From the NCBI GenBank assembly GCA_964013425.1, contig CAXGWC010000006.1:7083-71082 (forward strand): 64,000 nucleotides of DNA, written 5' to 3'. Position numbers and translations under genes: made by a program. Every line of letters starts with the position of its first letter. Position 1 is the first letter of the stretch. Under the pieces are notes generated by a model, which saw only the letters and a list, made by a program, of their open reading frames with translations, was not told where the DNA came from and did not search any database. The stretch is from an uncultured Candidatus Poseidoniales archaeon (lineage in GTDB: Archaea > Thermoplasmatota > Poseidoniia > Poseidoniales > Thalassarchaeaceae). Shown here piece after piece: positions 1 through 9,941 of this stretch.

Positions 1-1500
1 AGCAGGCCTGTTGAAGAGCTCGCTGAAGTCCTCAGGGAATTAGAAAATGAGGGTACGATTTGCAGAGTGGTCGCGCTACAGCCTGATCCTACAGACTATT
101 ACTCGTCTCATGAGGACGCCGAGAAGCTACTCTCGCCGTTAGCAGAAGATAGAAAGATGAGAATTTTAGCCCAGTCGGACCCGTTCTGTAGTCGCTTCAT
201 CCAAGAAGTGAGGATGATACTGAAGCAAGGCTGGTATCATCCTGTTTTCAAAGGCGTGGATCCGATCGGCAGGATACTGATGTTCGTGGTCAACGACTAT
301 CTCGAGATCAAGGACGTGAATATTCCACATTCTTACCTGGACGAATTCAAGGACACATTCAATGAGCTTCTAGAAAACTATCGTGACAGATTAGTAGATG
401 TTTCTGTGATGCACTCTTTCAATGGAGTTCCAGTACATGACTGCGATGAAAATATCCAAGGTATACTTTCTGATCTTGGGTTCGTCTCCATGGGAGACGG
501 GGAGAGATACATACGTGGGGGAATCGTAGAACCTAGGCCAAGAAATGAAGTGAATAGACTTCTTTTCCATACGCATAATATTCATCAGATAAGCAGGTGG
601 GAAAATGAAACCTATGCTCTGAAGGAAATTGATGAACTGAGGGATGACTTCGCACTTAGGGGACGCTGTGAAATGTTCAGAGTCGATCTACAATCCATGG
701 CTGCAACCGAGCAACTTCACCAAGGAACTAATCTTAGGGGACACCAAGTTTGGGCCAGACTTCCTCATTTCCAGAGATTACTAGCAATTAGAAACGCACC
801 CCCCAATGATGATGATTTCGGTGTCCTAGAATTCTTTAGGAATCATAACGATCCCTCGGTTTTTATGGAGAGGCTAGCCATGCGCAGAGCTGAATTTAGG
901 AAGCTTATCTCACCACTAGTGAGAAGTGGGCACCTGGTCCAAGACTACAGAGGGGGCTTCAAGACCGTAGAGTCACTACAGAGTTCCGATCTTTGGTCAA
1001 TAAAAAGGAGCTATCTAAGGGAACTGGTCGAGGAATATCCTGTAATTTCGATGAAGCAACTTGAGAGACTGGCAGGAACTCCCTTCTCTCCAGAGGAGAT
1101 CAGCGATGTGTTACATGAATTCGAAGAGGACGGAACTCTGATCAAAGGATTCCTAGTCGACGACCAGCATGATATCAGCTGGGGGAGGAAGGAAATTTTA
1201 GATTCGAAAGAGATCCCAAAAACTAGGGATTTGGTCATTCCACCCTCCGACCCATTGATTCACTATTTTGGATCGATCCTGAGGGAAAGATTCGGTTTCG
1301 GTTCGGCTTACTTAGTATTCCACAAGGAAGAGCCCATCGCAGCTTTCAAGGCCAATACAAGAAACTCGACAATAGAAGTTACGGACTTCGTGGGGGACTC
1401 GGATCTGGAGAAGGAGGCCCTTAGGGTCATGAAAGAATTCGCGTGGGAACACCAAATGCCATTAACGGGCGAGCTCTATGAGAAATTAAGGTCAAGATGA
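1..1500 (+). CDS. hypothetical protein, C-terminal ~500 aa (5' end lies upstream of the window)
   Basis: Frame 1 is open from base 1 (SRPVEELAEVLRELENEGTICRV...) into the listed 67..1500 ORF. No catalytic motif recognised. It could be the non-catalytic C-terminal part of a large helicase-like or winged-helix protein, but that is a guess. Confidence 0.55.
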   Translation, partial: SRPVEELAEVLRELENEGTICRVVALQPDPTDYYSSHEDAEKLLSPLAEDRKMRILAQSDPFCSRFIQEVRMILKQGWYHPVFKGVDPIGRILMFVVNDYLEIKDVNIPHSYLDEFKDTFNELLENYRDRLVDVSVMHSFNGVPVHDCDENIQGILSDLGFVSMGDGERYIRGGIVEPRPRNEVNRLLFHTHNIHQISRWENETYALKEIDELRDDFALRGRCEMFRVDLQSMAATEQLHQGTNLRGHQVWARLPHFQRLLAIRNAPPNDDDFGVLEFFRNHNDPSVFMERLAMRRAEFRKLISPLVRSGHLVQDYRGGFKTVESLQSSDLWSIKRSYLRELVEEYPVISMKQLERLAGTPFSPEEISDVLHEFEEDGTLIKGFLVDDQHDISWGRKEILDSKEIPKTRDLVIPPSDPLIHYFGSILRERFGFGSAYLVFHKEEPIAAFKANTRNSTIEVTDFVGDSDLEKEALRVMKEFAWEHQMPLTGELYEKLRSR

Positions 1501-2478
1501 CTTAGTATTAGTCCTCATGAAAGTCTTAGTCACTGGTCTAGAGATTCTCAATATGTGACGGTGCAACTCTGGTAGCAGATCAAAAAGGGCCGTCGCCAAT
1601 AGGAACATGGCAAACAGACTGGCCACTTTTGCAGCATAACTGTGTGTGAAATCAAACATATCAATATCTGAGCCGGGAAACAGCCTCCAGCCACTGTAAG
1701 TATCACTTAGCCATACAATTCCTGCATTTCTGAATACATTGAGTACGTGTATGGTAGGCAATGCGATGAGTAAACCCCTCACTTTACGCTTCCAGGAAAC
1801 ACCCCTTAGAGCTACAATCGCACCTACAAAGATAATCATCGACTGTAAAGCCGAGCAGGCCAGAATGAAACTAACACTGACTGGAGTCCCATCAGAATAA
1901 TTGAATGGAGCGAAAAATCCCTTGTCACCGAGTGGTTCAGTTAGAAAGTATCTACTTCCCTCCCACTGGGAAGCGGCAACCACCCCACTGGGAAGATCCA
2001 CCATTATTTCTCCAACCTCGAATGACCCCAATCCACAGAATTCTAACAACCACTCTGTACTATGTGCAGTCATCTCAACGAATTGCATATTCAGAACAGG
2101 AATGCTATATACGGCATAATATGGAATGACAGACCAAGCCACAGCTCCTCTAAGCCATATTAGAGACTCATTTTGGAGCTCCCAGTTCCTAACCTCCCAA
2201 ATCCCTAGGGCTATACCGGCTGGAAGGGCTCCAGCAGTCATAAGAACAAGCAAGGGATCTTCAATCTCTATGAAATGTCCCGATTGCATATAGAAAAAGA
2301 GGCCAAGCAATGACCAGCCAAGAGCTGCAGAGTACGCGGCCATGGGAGAATCTCCACGATGAAAAGAGAATCCTAGAGAGAGTGCGCCAATCCAGCAAAA
2401 TGACAGCCAAAGAGAGAATTCGGGTACTCCTAATGCACCCGCAAGACCGTCCACCAAGACGACGATTGGGTCTTCCAT
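1492..2478 (-). CDS. archaeosortase/exosortase-family integral membrane transpeptidase
   Basis: Polytopic membrane protein with the family's ordered Cys/Arg/His signature: ILACSALQSM (Cys208), NVFRNAG (Arg250), FDFTHSY (His279). Spacing resembles the catalytic triad layout of ArtA. Confidence 0.55.
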   Translation of the reverse strand: MEDPIVVLVDGLAGALGVPEFSLWLSFCWIGALSLGFSFHRGDSPMAAYSAALGWSLLGLFFYMQSGHFIEIEDPLLVLMTAGALPAGIALGIWEVRNWELQNESLIWLRGAVAWSVIPYYAVYSIPVLNMQFVEMTAHSTEWLLEFCGLGSFEVGEIMVDLPSGVVAASQWEGSRYFLTEPLGDKGFFAPFNYSDGTPVSVSFILACSALQSMIIFVGAIVALRGVSWKRKVRGLLIALPTIHVLNVFRNAGIVWLSDTYSGWRLFPGSDIDMFDFTHSYAAKVASLFAMFLLATALFDLLPELHRHILRISRPVTKTFMRTNTKSS

Positions 2479-2538
2479 GACGTCAACGAGCCATCAACCC
2501 GTAAATATGATGCCCCCAACCGATAGCCGGGTAATCAC

Positions 2539-3108
2539 ATGGCTGACGACTTCATTGAGTTTGCAAACAGCTACGTCTCCAACCTCAAAAATACACTCGA
2601 TAACCTATCGATAACAGAAATTTCGAACCTATATTCTATGGTTATTGACGCCTCTATGAGGGGGGCCACTGTCCACTTCATAGGAAATGGGGGGAGCGCT
2701 GCTACTCCATCTCACAGTGCTGGTGATTGGTCAAAGGAGCTCGGTCTGAAAACCATAGCTCACTCCGATAATACATCATCCTTCTCAGCATGGGCGAACG
2801 ATGAAGGTTACTCTCAAGTATTCGTGGGCCAACTTTCCACATTTGCAGATAACGGCGATTTACTAATCGCGTACTCTGGTTCTGGCAACTCAGAGAATGT
2901 AATTAACGGGATTAAATACGCTAATGAGATTGGTTGCAAAACTGTAGCAATTACTGGAAATTATAACGGAATGGGAGGGGGTAAAATTGTAGATTTAGTA
3001 GATTTATCCATAGTTATCCCCAGTACTTCCATGGAAAGAATTGAGGACGTCCAATTGGTGATTAACCATATCATCAAAGAGGCAGTGAAATCAAACCGCG
3101 AGCAGTGA
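2539..3108 (+). CDS. gmhA: SIS-domain sugar-phosphate isomerase (phosphoheptose isomerase GmhA-like)
   Basis: VHFIGNGGSAATPSHSAGD and LLIAYSGSGNSENV are typical SIS/GmhA motifs. Length 189 aa. Confidence 0.6.
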   Translation: MADDFIEFANSYVSNLKNTLDNLSITEISNLYSMVIDASMRGATVHFIGNGGSAATPSHSAGDWSKELGLKTIAHSDNTSSFSAWANDEGYSQVFVGQLSTFADNGDLLIAYSGSGNSENVINGIKYANEIGCKTVAITGNYNGMGGGKIVDLVDLSIVIPSTSMERIEDVQLVINHIIKEAVKSNREQ

Positions 3109-3112
3109 TTAC

Positions 3113-3757
3113 ATGTTCCCGCCGATGAGGGATAGGGAAAGTCTGTACTCTCCACTAGAATTACACACTCTCCCAATCAAAGGACAATGGCAAGGAAAAA
3201 TAGCCTATCTTGATAGGGATGGGGTAATTATTAGGGGATTCGAGAACTACGTCAATTCTCCCGACGAGGTCGAGGTACTCGCCGGAGCTCCCCAGGCTAT
3301 AGGAGACTTACGAAGAGATGGATTTAGGATATGTATCGTTACTAACCAATCTCCTGTTGGGAGGGGAATTTGGAGTAGAGAAAATCTGGCTAACATACAC
3401 GACAGAGTTCGTTCTGAGATTATCTCAGTAGATCCTGATGCGATTCTCGATTTGACATTACACAGCCCCTACGCTCCTTGGCATAATTCGTGGGCGAGAA
3501 AACCCAATCCTGGTATGCTGGAAGCAGGCAGGCAGATTATTGAGGCCGCAGAGTCACGGATTTTACTCTCTGAGGGTGACATAAAATTTGGCGATGAATG
3601 GAAAAACCGTCCCTCTGAGGTAAATTCTGTAATGGTAGGCGACAGAAATGTAGACATGGAGGCTGCAAAATCATTTGGCGTAAGGTCATTCAAATGCGAT
3701 CCAGACAAGGGATTGAATGAAGTCATCTCAGAAATATTGGTGAGGGAAAATGAGTAA
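3113..3757 (+). CDS. gmhB: HAD-IIIA phosphatase (D,D-heptose 1,7-bisphosphate phosphatase GmhB-like)
   Basis: HAD motifs YLDRDGV (DxD), IVTNQSPVGRG, RKPNPGML and VGDRNVDMEAA. Adjacent to the gmhA-like gene. Confidence 0.6.
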   Translation: MFPPMRDRESLYSPLELHTLPIKGQWQGKIAYLDRDGVIIRGFENYVNSPDEVEVLAGAPQAIGDLRRDGFRICIVTNQSPVGRGIWSRENLANIHDRVRSEIISVDPDAILDLTLHSPYAPWHNSWARKPNPGMLEAGRQIIEAAESRILLSEGDIKFGDEWKNRPSEVNSVMVGDRNVDMEAAKSFGVRSFKCDPDKGLNEVISEILVRENE

Positions 3758-5003
3758 GGGGCTCATTACGGTTAGAATCGGCCTAGATGATACCGATCAC
3801 CCAGATTCCGGCTGTACCACCCATTCTTTTGACCATCTACTGCATGAATTATCTAAAGTCAAGGGAGTAGATATACTAGATAGAATGCTTGTCCGACTTT
3901 GGCCATATGCAACAAGGAGAACTAGAGGTAACGGCGCACTTTCGTCTCGATTATCGTTGCCTATTGAATCAAAAGATCATTTCATGCAAACTTGCTCTGA
4001 TTGGTTCGACGAACTTCTAAATGACATTGTCGAGATTCCCCGGGATCAAAACTCACCATCTCCCGCTCTGTTGATTTCTTTTGGAAAGGTACCTGAGAAC
4101 TGGTATTGGGAAGCCGTCAGAGGGGAGGTCAGACTTGAGCACAGGGAGGAAGAAGTGAACTCATTTGGAATAACGGTTCTCTCTCATCCAGACAAGTGGG
4201 GGATAATTGGAGCCAGTTCAGCAATCTCTTGGAATCCTCCGATTAATCATTCGTGGGAGCTAATTGCTTGGAGGAAATCACACTTAGTAGGCACGAAAAG
4301 AACAGTTTCTAAGGACTCAGTGATGCAGTTATCCGAGTTATTCACGGACACATTCATGAACAGAGATCCCACAGCCGATAAGGGAATTATCGCACCGAGA
4401 ACTCCCTGTCCGGTACTCTATGGAATACGTGGCGCAAGTAAAGAAGCTGTAGAATCCGCACATATCTGGATGCAAGATGTTGAAACCAATGAGAAGTGTG
4501 AATCATGGGCTTCTCACATGTCTAATCAACTATCGGACGACCATCTCTTAGGGCCATCATTTGGTACGGTAATATCTGATCCAAGAGTCGTTAAGGGAGC
4601 ACACGCCAGTCTAAGGGTAATCTCAGAAGGTTCGGGAGAAACTTTGGTTGCTTTCAGCGAAGGGGGCCCTGTAAACAGACTTCTACGACAACTCTCCCCC
4701 GGAGATACGGTTTCTTGGATGGGTCTGAGATCACCAGACAAAGCCATCCATCTTGAAAAATTGAAAATAGTCTCTGCCTCCCCCAGGATTACCACCCGTC
4801 CTAGATGCTGTGGAAAGGCCATGAGGAGCAAGGGTAAAAATCAAGATCTGTCATGTGATAAGTGCAAGATGAAAACCCCAAAATATTGGCTTTCAGACAA
4901 ATGGTCTCCAGATATCCCTAGCTCATTTGATGGTTGGACCCAGCCACCGCCTTCTCAAAGAAGGCATCTTTCCATGCCCCTTGAACTTGGCATCCCTTCT
5001 TAG
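3750..5003 (+). CDS. tiaS: tRNA(Ile2) 2-agmatinylcytidine synthetase TiaS
   Basis: N-terminal IGLDDTDHPDSGCTTH signature and a C-terminal Cys-rich zinc ribbon (CCGKAMRSKGKNQDLSCDKCK). Archaea-specific enzyme. Confidence 0.75.
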   Translation: MSKGLITVRIGLDDTDHPDSGCTTHSFDHLLHELSKVKGVDILDRMLVRLWPYATRRTRGNGALSSRLSLPIESKDHFMQTCSDWFDELLNDIVEIPRDQNSPSPALLISFGKVPENWYWEAVRGEVRLEHREEEVNSFGITVLSHPDKWGIIGASSAISWNPPINHSWELIAWRKSHLVGTKRTVSKDSVMQLSELFTDTFMNRDPTADKGIIAPRTPCPVLYGIRGASKEAVESAHIWMQDVETNEKCESWASHMSNQLSDDHLLGPSFGTVISDPRVVKGAHASLRVISEGSGETLVAFSEGGPVNRLLRQLSPGDTVSWMGLRSPDKAIHLEKLKIVSASPRITTRPRCCGKAMRSKGKNQDLSCDKCKMKTPKYWLSDKWSPDIPSSFDGWTQPPPSQRRHLSMPLELGIPS

Positions 5004-5037
5004 GTGATTATTTATCTGACATTATACTCAGAGAACC

Positions 5038-5238
5038 GTGGATACCGAATCAGTGATCCAGTTTATCCTTGCAGTAACTGCAATATTTCTGCTATCTTTA
5101 CTGATTCGTAATTTCAAGCCAGGAAACAAAAATGAGAAACCCAAATACTCAGGATTAGCCAGATCCCCAGAGGATCTATACGCCCCGTCGGAAGAAGCAA
5201 TATCAGAAATGGAAGATCTAATTTCAAAGCTCAATTGA
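5038..5238 (+). CDS. small hypothetical membrane protein (one TM helix, acidic tail)
   Basis: ORF only, with a GTG start. The hydrophobic segment IQFILAVTAIFLLSLLI is the only support. Confidence 0.3.
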   Translation: MDTESVIQFILAVTAIFLLSLLIRNFKPGNKNEKPKYSGLARSPEDLYAPSEEAISEMEDLISKLN

Positions 5239-5815
5239 CCAATTCCTCCAGCCCCTTTGAAGTCATCCTAGCTAGAATTAGAATATCTTCACCAGAGATA
5301 ATCCTCACACCATCCTTTTTGGGGTGCTTAAGAAGCAAAAAAGTCGCATATGAACTCTCAATCTTGGTTCCTCCACGAGTCAGCCAACCACTTTCAGAAA
5401 ATCCAGAAGCGTCCTCGTATGATGACGAAGTAATGATCAGGTTGGTCTTTCGGGCAAGCGACGACAGTTTCTTAGCAGCATCGATGTCATCTTTCCTAGC
5501 CCTTCCATTACTTTCACACCAGTCATCGACAATCACAAAATCATCTCTTCCGAAGTCTTCAGCCCTCGTGAGAATAAAGTCTAAATTTCCTGCAAAGTCT
5601 GTTGAGAAATTTAGGATTGAGATGCGCATCAGACCCTGCTCATCAATATCGTGCAGAATCTCTCTAAACCTATTTGGGTCAGGCATTTTTCTGCAGGCCC
5701 AGATTACTCTTCCTCCATTCATTACTGTGTCCGACACAACCCCCAGGCAAAGTGTGGTTTTTCCTGCCCCGGGCGATGCCGAAATATGCACTGCCCTCCC
5801 TTCGAAACGAATCAC
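5231..5815 (-). CDS. small RecA/KaiC-superfamily ATPase
   Basis: Walker A SASPGAGKTTL and Walker B-like FVIVDDW. 194 aa single-domain KaiC/RadB-like fold. Confidence 0.6.
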   Translation of the reverse strand: MIRFEGRAVHISASPGAGKTTLCLGVVSDTVMNGGRVIWACRKMPDPNRFREILHDIDEQGLMRISILNFSTDFAGNLDFILTRAEDFGRDDFVIVDDWCESNGRARKDDIDAAKKLSSLARKTNLIITSSSYEDASGFSESGWLTRGGTKIESSYATFLLLKHPKKDGVRIISGEDILILARMTSKGLEELVN

Positions 5816-5910
5816 GACCTACCGTGTGTGACATAGTCAAAGAGGATTACTGAACTAATTTCCAGAGAAATATAATCAATCCCCTCCCTCATCAGGCATA
5901 TGGGAAAGCC

Positions 5911-6198
5911 ATGAATGAGAGAATTCCAAGGCGGGAGGCTCCTGATTTTAGAGACTCCGAAGACGGAGTAATATCATCAATCGTAGAAGATGGATTTCTT
6001 AACGTGGCTCTAGATGATGCAAATCAGTATGGGCCCCATGCAATGATAATATTCCTGGGTTTGGCTTCAGTACTGACAGGATCTATTTTGGGATTGGCCA
6101 TGATCGACCCAATACTCTCAGTCGGGACGGTAATCCTCATAATTGGCTCCACTCTAACCAACTATCTGATTGCAAAGCTCAAGCTCCCTGGAAGATAG
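5911..6198 (+). CDS. hypothetical small membrane protein (two TM helices)
   Basis: ORF with hydrophobic C-terminal half (AMIIFLGLASVLTGSILGLAMI..., VGTVILIIGSTL). Confidence 0.4.
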   Translation: MNERIPRREAPDFRDSEDGVISSIVEDGFLNVALDDANQYGPHAMIIFLGLASVLTGSILGLAMIDPILSVGTVILIIGSTLTNYLIAKLKLPGR

Positions 6199-6227
6199 TA
6201 GGTTATTCACCTACCTCGAGTCTCGAT

Positions 6228-7589
6228 CTACATGAATGCGCGTGCAATTGTAACTGCATTATCCACGATTTCACCAGAAACTCCGAGGTGACTCTCAGGA
6301 GAAAACAGATAATTCAACTCATTTTCATCGAAGACAGAGCTAATCTGCTCATTCTCAGAACATACGGCCTTCAAATGCCTCCCAGTGCTCAGTGCCTCCA
6401 TTGAGCAACTCCTGAGGACCTCATGAGCCTCATCTCTAGGCATGTTGCTGTCCACAAGAGCTAACATGATCTTCTCAGCCATCACCAAGCCTTTCTGAGA
6501 TTCTATATTCTGCAACATCCTGTCTCTGTCTACTACCAGCCTTGACATAACTTTGTCACACTTAGCAATAATGTCATCAAGCAATATCATTGAATGGGAA
6601 AGCGTGAATCTCTCGGAAGAGGAGTTTGCAAGATCTCTTTCATGCCAAAGAAGTGCATTCTCATAAGAGGGAATTATCATCGATCTTACAATTCTTGCAA
6701 GCCCACATGCATTTTCTGCAGTGATGGGATTTCTTTTGTGAGCCATAGTAGAAGATCCAACCTGCTTTTCAACGTCAAAAGCCTCGGCAACCTCTGCAAT
6801 TTCACTTCTCTGTAGATTCCTGACCTCTTGAAGTATCTTTTCTACTGTGGTTGACACGTTCGCCATCCACCCCACCCATTCAATGTAGCGATCCCTTCCG
6901 ACTACCTGGGTGGTGGCCACTGGAACTTCCAGACCCAACTCTCCAAGGATAAGACTCTGTAACTCCAGCGCATTCTCTCCCTGTGCAGCTCCAGTACCAA
7001 CCGCCCCCAGGAACTTTCCGGCAATAATCCTCGACCTCATTGAGTTGAGCCTTTCTAGATGCCTCCTAAACTCGTCTACCCATACCGCTACCTTGATTCC
7101 GAAGGTTATTGGTACTGCAGCTTGCCCATGAGTTCTGCCGATCATTATCGTATCCCTCTCCCTCTCGGCTAAATCACACAATGTACTCATTAGTGATTTT
7201 AATGAGTCTAGTTGTAAATCCACGCTGTCTTTTATTTGAAGAGCAACAGCGGAATCAACTATGTCATTGCTGGTAGCTCCAAGATGTATGCACCAGCCCG
7301 CTTCGCCAGCTGCTTCGGCCATAGCCTTTGTGAGTGCCATGATATCATGTTTGGTCTCAGCCTCTATTTCTTCCACTCTATCTGCTGTAACTATTCCTGG
7401 GTCTGAAATATCAGCAACAATATCATAGTGCTCAGCACTAACTCTTCCCATCCTGCAATGGGCCCAGACAAGAGCTCTTTCCACCTCCAGTTGTCTTGAA
7501 TGACGCCCTTCTCTCGACCAAATTGCTTTGGCCTCATCTCGTCCATATCTGTAGTCTAGAGGTGAAACCGACATCGTATCCTCAAACAC
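6228..7589 (-). CDS. purB: adenylosuccinate lyase
   Basis: SPLDYRYG start, GATSNDIVD, GRTHGQAA and the fumarate-lyase signature GSSTMAHKRNP. Confidence 0.9.
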   Translation of the reverse strand: MFEDTMSVSPLDYRYGRDEAKAIWSREGRHSRQLEVERALVWAHCRMGRVSAEHYDIVADISDPGIVTADRVEEIEAETKHDIMALTKAMAEAAGEAGWCIHLGATSNDIVDSAVALQIKDSVDLQLDSLKSLMSTLCDLAERERDTIMIGRTHGQAAVPITFGIKVAVWVDEFRRHLERLNSMRSRIIAGKFLGAVGTGAAQGENALELQSLILGELGLEVPVATTQVVGRDRYIEWVGWMANVSTTVEKILQEVRNLQRSEIAEVAEAFDVEKQVGSSTMAHKRNPITAENACGLARIVRSMIIPSYENALLWHERDLANSSSERFTLSHSMILLDDIIAKCDKVMSRLVVDRDRMLQNIESQKGLVMAEKIMLALVDSNMPRDEAHEVLRSCSMEALSTGRHLKAVCSENEQISSVFDENELNYLFSPESHLGVSGEIVDNAVTIARAFM

Positions 7590-7613
7590 CCGACCGGTAC
7601 TTCCGGTTTGAGC

Positions 7614-8366
7614 CTAGCGATTGGAAGTCAGCCGACCTGAGGAAATATCCCAAGACCCTCTGTTCCTTCGCCACGACTTTTCTCCATCCAGAGTAATCCT
7701 TTTTTTCATGTGAGGGGAATCAAGAACTAAGGTCTCGTACTCTCCTCCCTCTCCGTCAGAATTGAATCTGAATTTTGATGAAATACTAATTAGCTCTTCC
7801 ACATCCGAAACTCCCAATTTTCTACCTATCCACTTGTCATCAAGGCCATCGGATGTTACTGAAGAGATCCTAACATCAAAACCAAGCCTTGGCAAGGATC
7901 TAACATGTTCATCAGGACTGTGATGCCACAATGGTGAGAATGATTTAATGCCAATATTGGAGCACATCCTCTCAATCCTTGTTCTTTGGTAGTCGGATCT
8001 AAGAGCACCCGAGACTAAAGCATCTATTTCCAGTAACCCTTCATGCAAAACTATGCCCTCGTCATCCCAATTTTCAGGCCAGAACAGATCGAAATCTTCA
8101 GCAGGATTGCTTACACCAGATAATCCCAGTTGCAAATCCAGCATTTCCTCATCTTCTATTCCTTCCGTAACAATGGGTAGCCATGGAATTTCGGAAGAGG
8201 CTGATTGAAGTCCTGCGACACAGACTCCACCTGTCTGAAACATCATTGAATCATCCCCCGTAACGCACAAGGTAACTAGAGCTCGAACATCCCAGCCTCT
8301 CATAAGGGCCCACCACGTTGCATACGTAGAGTCCTTCCCTCCAGAGCATAACACGGCCACACGCAT
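7614..8366 (-). CDS. dph6: diphthine-ammonia ligase (MJ0570-type PP-loop ATPase)
   Basis: MRVAVLCSGGKDSTYA PP-loop and GEGGEYETLVLDSP. Start placed at the internal ATG 8366, because the 8471 start would run into psmA. Confidence 0.8.
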   Translation of the reverse strand: MRVAVLCSGGKDSTYATWWALMRGWDVRALVTLCVTGDDSMMFQTGGVCVAGLQSASSEIPWLPIVTEGIEDEEMLDLQLGLSGVSNPAEDFDLFWPENWDDEGIVLHEGLLEIDALVSGALRSDYQRTRIERMCSNIGIKSFSPLWHHSPDEHVRSLPRLGFDVRISSVTSDGLDDKWIGRKLGVSDVEELISISSKFRFNSDGEGGEYETLVLDSPHMKKRITLDGEKSWRRNRGSWDISSGRLTSNR

Positions 8367-8465
8367 GTACCCACGAACCAACCATTCGGCTTGAATGCAA
8401 CGAAAGAGGACGCTATACTCAACTAACCTTGATAAGAGGCCGTTGGTGCATGCATACTGATTACG

Positions 8466-9173
8466 ATGCAACCGAGCGGCCGCGGATACGACTCTTCAGT
8501 AGGAACTTTCTCACCAGACGGACGACTTCACCAAGTTGAGTACGCCCGCGAATCAGTAAAAAGAGGCTCCACAACTGTTGGTGTAAAATTCAGAGACGGC
8601 GTGATATTGATAGTAGCCAAGAGAATACCCAGCAAGCTTGTGATCCCTGAGTCGATAGAGAAGATGTACAAGATTGATGACCACATAGGAATTACCACGT
8701 CTGGATTAGTCGCCGATGCAAGACAACTGGTCGATAGGGCCAGAGTTCAGTGCCAAATTAACAAGATGACCTACGGCGACTCTATTGACGTAACGAACCT
8801 AGTCAAGAAAATGTGCGATTACAAGCAATCATTCACCCAGTATGGTGGTGCGAGGCCTTTCGGAACTGCTTTACTGATAGCTGGAGTTGATTCTGACGGA
8901 CCTCATCTATACGAAACTGATCCTTCTGGAGCCTATGGCTCATATCAGGCAGGAGCCATTGGAAGCGGGAGAAGCGAGGTTATATCTTACTTCGAGGAGA
9001 AATGGAAGCCGGAAATGACAGAAAATGCGGCAATAAAAATAGGCTTAGAGGCACTCTCAAAGACATTCGAGGACGGTTTGTCAGAGGAATCAGTGGAAAT
9101 CTGCGTCATAAATTCCGAAGGTTACAGAGAGCTCACCGCCACGGATTTGGAGAAGCATATTTCCAAGCTCTGA
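8466..9173 (+). CDS. psmA: proteasome subunit alpha
   Basis: YDSSVGTFSPDGRLHQVEYA N-terminal signature. 235 aa. Confidence 0.92.
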   Translation: MQPSGRGYDSSVGTFSPDGRLHQVEYARESVKRGSTTVGVKFRDGVILIVAKRIPSKLVIPESIEKMYKIDDHIGITTSGLVADARQLVDRARVQCQINKMTYGDSIDVTNLVKKMCDYKQSFTQYGGARPFGTALLIAGVDSDGPHLYETDPSGAYGSYQAGAIGSGRSEVISYFEEKWKPEMTENAAIKIGLEALSKTFEDGLSEESVEICVINSEGYRELTATDLEKHISKL

Positions 9174-9220
9174 AAGGATAACTCCACTATGTCCTTATGC
9201 TTGTAGCATGTACGACTCAC

Positions 9221-9910
9221 ATGGTTAGTCTTGATGATGCGGTTGTAGCTAGACTAGAAAAGGGCGGTTCAAGATACGAGATTTTAGTGGACCCCGATCT
9301 GGTCGATGCTTGGAAGGAGAACCCTTCTTCTGTTGACTTGGATGAACTTCTGGCTGTCAGTGAGGTCTGGACAGATTCTAAAAACGGAGAGAGACCAACA
9401 TCGGATGCATTGGAAAGCGTATTTGGAAGTAACGATATTCAACAATGCGTAGAGATTATTCTGAAACAGGGTTCCATTCAGCTTACTACTGCTCAGAGAA
9501 AGAAAATGGTCGAAGAGAAGAAGCTCCAGATAATTAATGAAATTGCGATCACTGCAACGGACCCGAAGACAAGGATGCCACATCCTAGAACTAGGATAGA
9601 GAACGCTCTCGAAGAGGCTCGTTTCTCTGTTGATCCGTTCAAGTCTGTCGAGAGTCAAGTTTCAGATGCGGTAAAGGTACTAAAGCCACTAATTCCTCTT
9701 CAATTTATTACAATACGTCTGGCCTTCAAGATCCCTGGCTCATCTTATGGGTCCGTTAATCAAATTCTTAGAGACCTTGTTATTCGTCAAGAATGGCTTA
9801 CTGATGGGACATGGGCATGTGTCGTTGAGGTTCCAGGGGGTATGAAGAACGAGCTCATTAGCAAGGTCGCGAGTAAGGCCTCTGAGGCCGAAGTCAAGGA
9901 GCTTGACTGA
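9221..9910 (+). CDS. sdo1: ribosome maturation protein SBDS/Sdo1
   Basis: ARLEKGGSRYEILVDPD motif and canonical position upstream of rrp4. The start could instead be 9197. Confidence 0.85.
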   Translation: MVSLDDAVVARLEKGGSRYEILVDPDLVDAWKENPSSVDLDELLAVSEVWTDSKNGERPTSDALESVFGSNDIQQCVEIILKQGSIQLTTAQRKKMVEEKKLQIINEIAITATDPKTRMPHPRTRIENALEEARFSVDPFKSVESQVSDAVKVLKPLIPLQFITIRLAFKIPGSSYGSVNQILRDLVIRQEWLTDGTWACVVEVPGGMKNELISKVASKASEAEVKELD

Positions 9911-9941
9911 CTTTCCACCGAAGGTGTCGACATCAACGGTT

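Noticed and set aside
5235-5831. 198-aa ORF on the + strand, plus other long antisense ORFs such as 9740-10171, 16595-16987, 21826-22401, 27606-28052, 40958-41407, 42796-43191, 43231-43566, 52502-52837 and 53420-53824
   Set aside because: Each lies entirely opposite a gene with strong family motifs (KaiC-like ATPase, SBDS/Rrp4, uS12, IPK, ProRS, Tsr3, PAN, formimidoyltransferase, and so on). Their translations are Ser/Pro/Leu-rich low-complexity shadows with no motif.
8367-8471. N-terminal extensions offered by the ORF track (dph6 to 8471, transketolase-N to 30996, mqnE/C from 30927, queC from 57428, queD from 58601, eS19 to 61085)
   Set aside because: The extensions overlap neighbouring genes or divergent promoter space and carry no homology-like sequence. 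Internal ATGs coincide with the conserved N-termini of the families.
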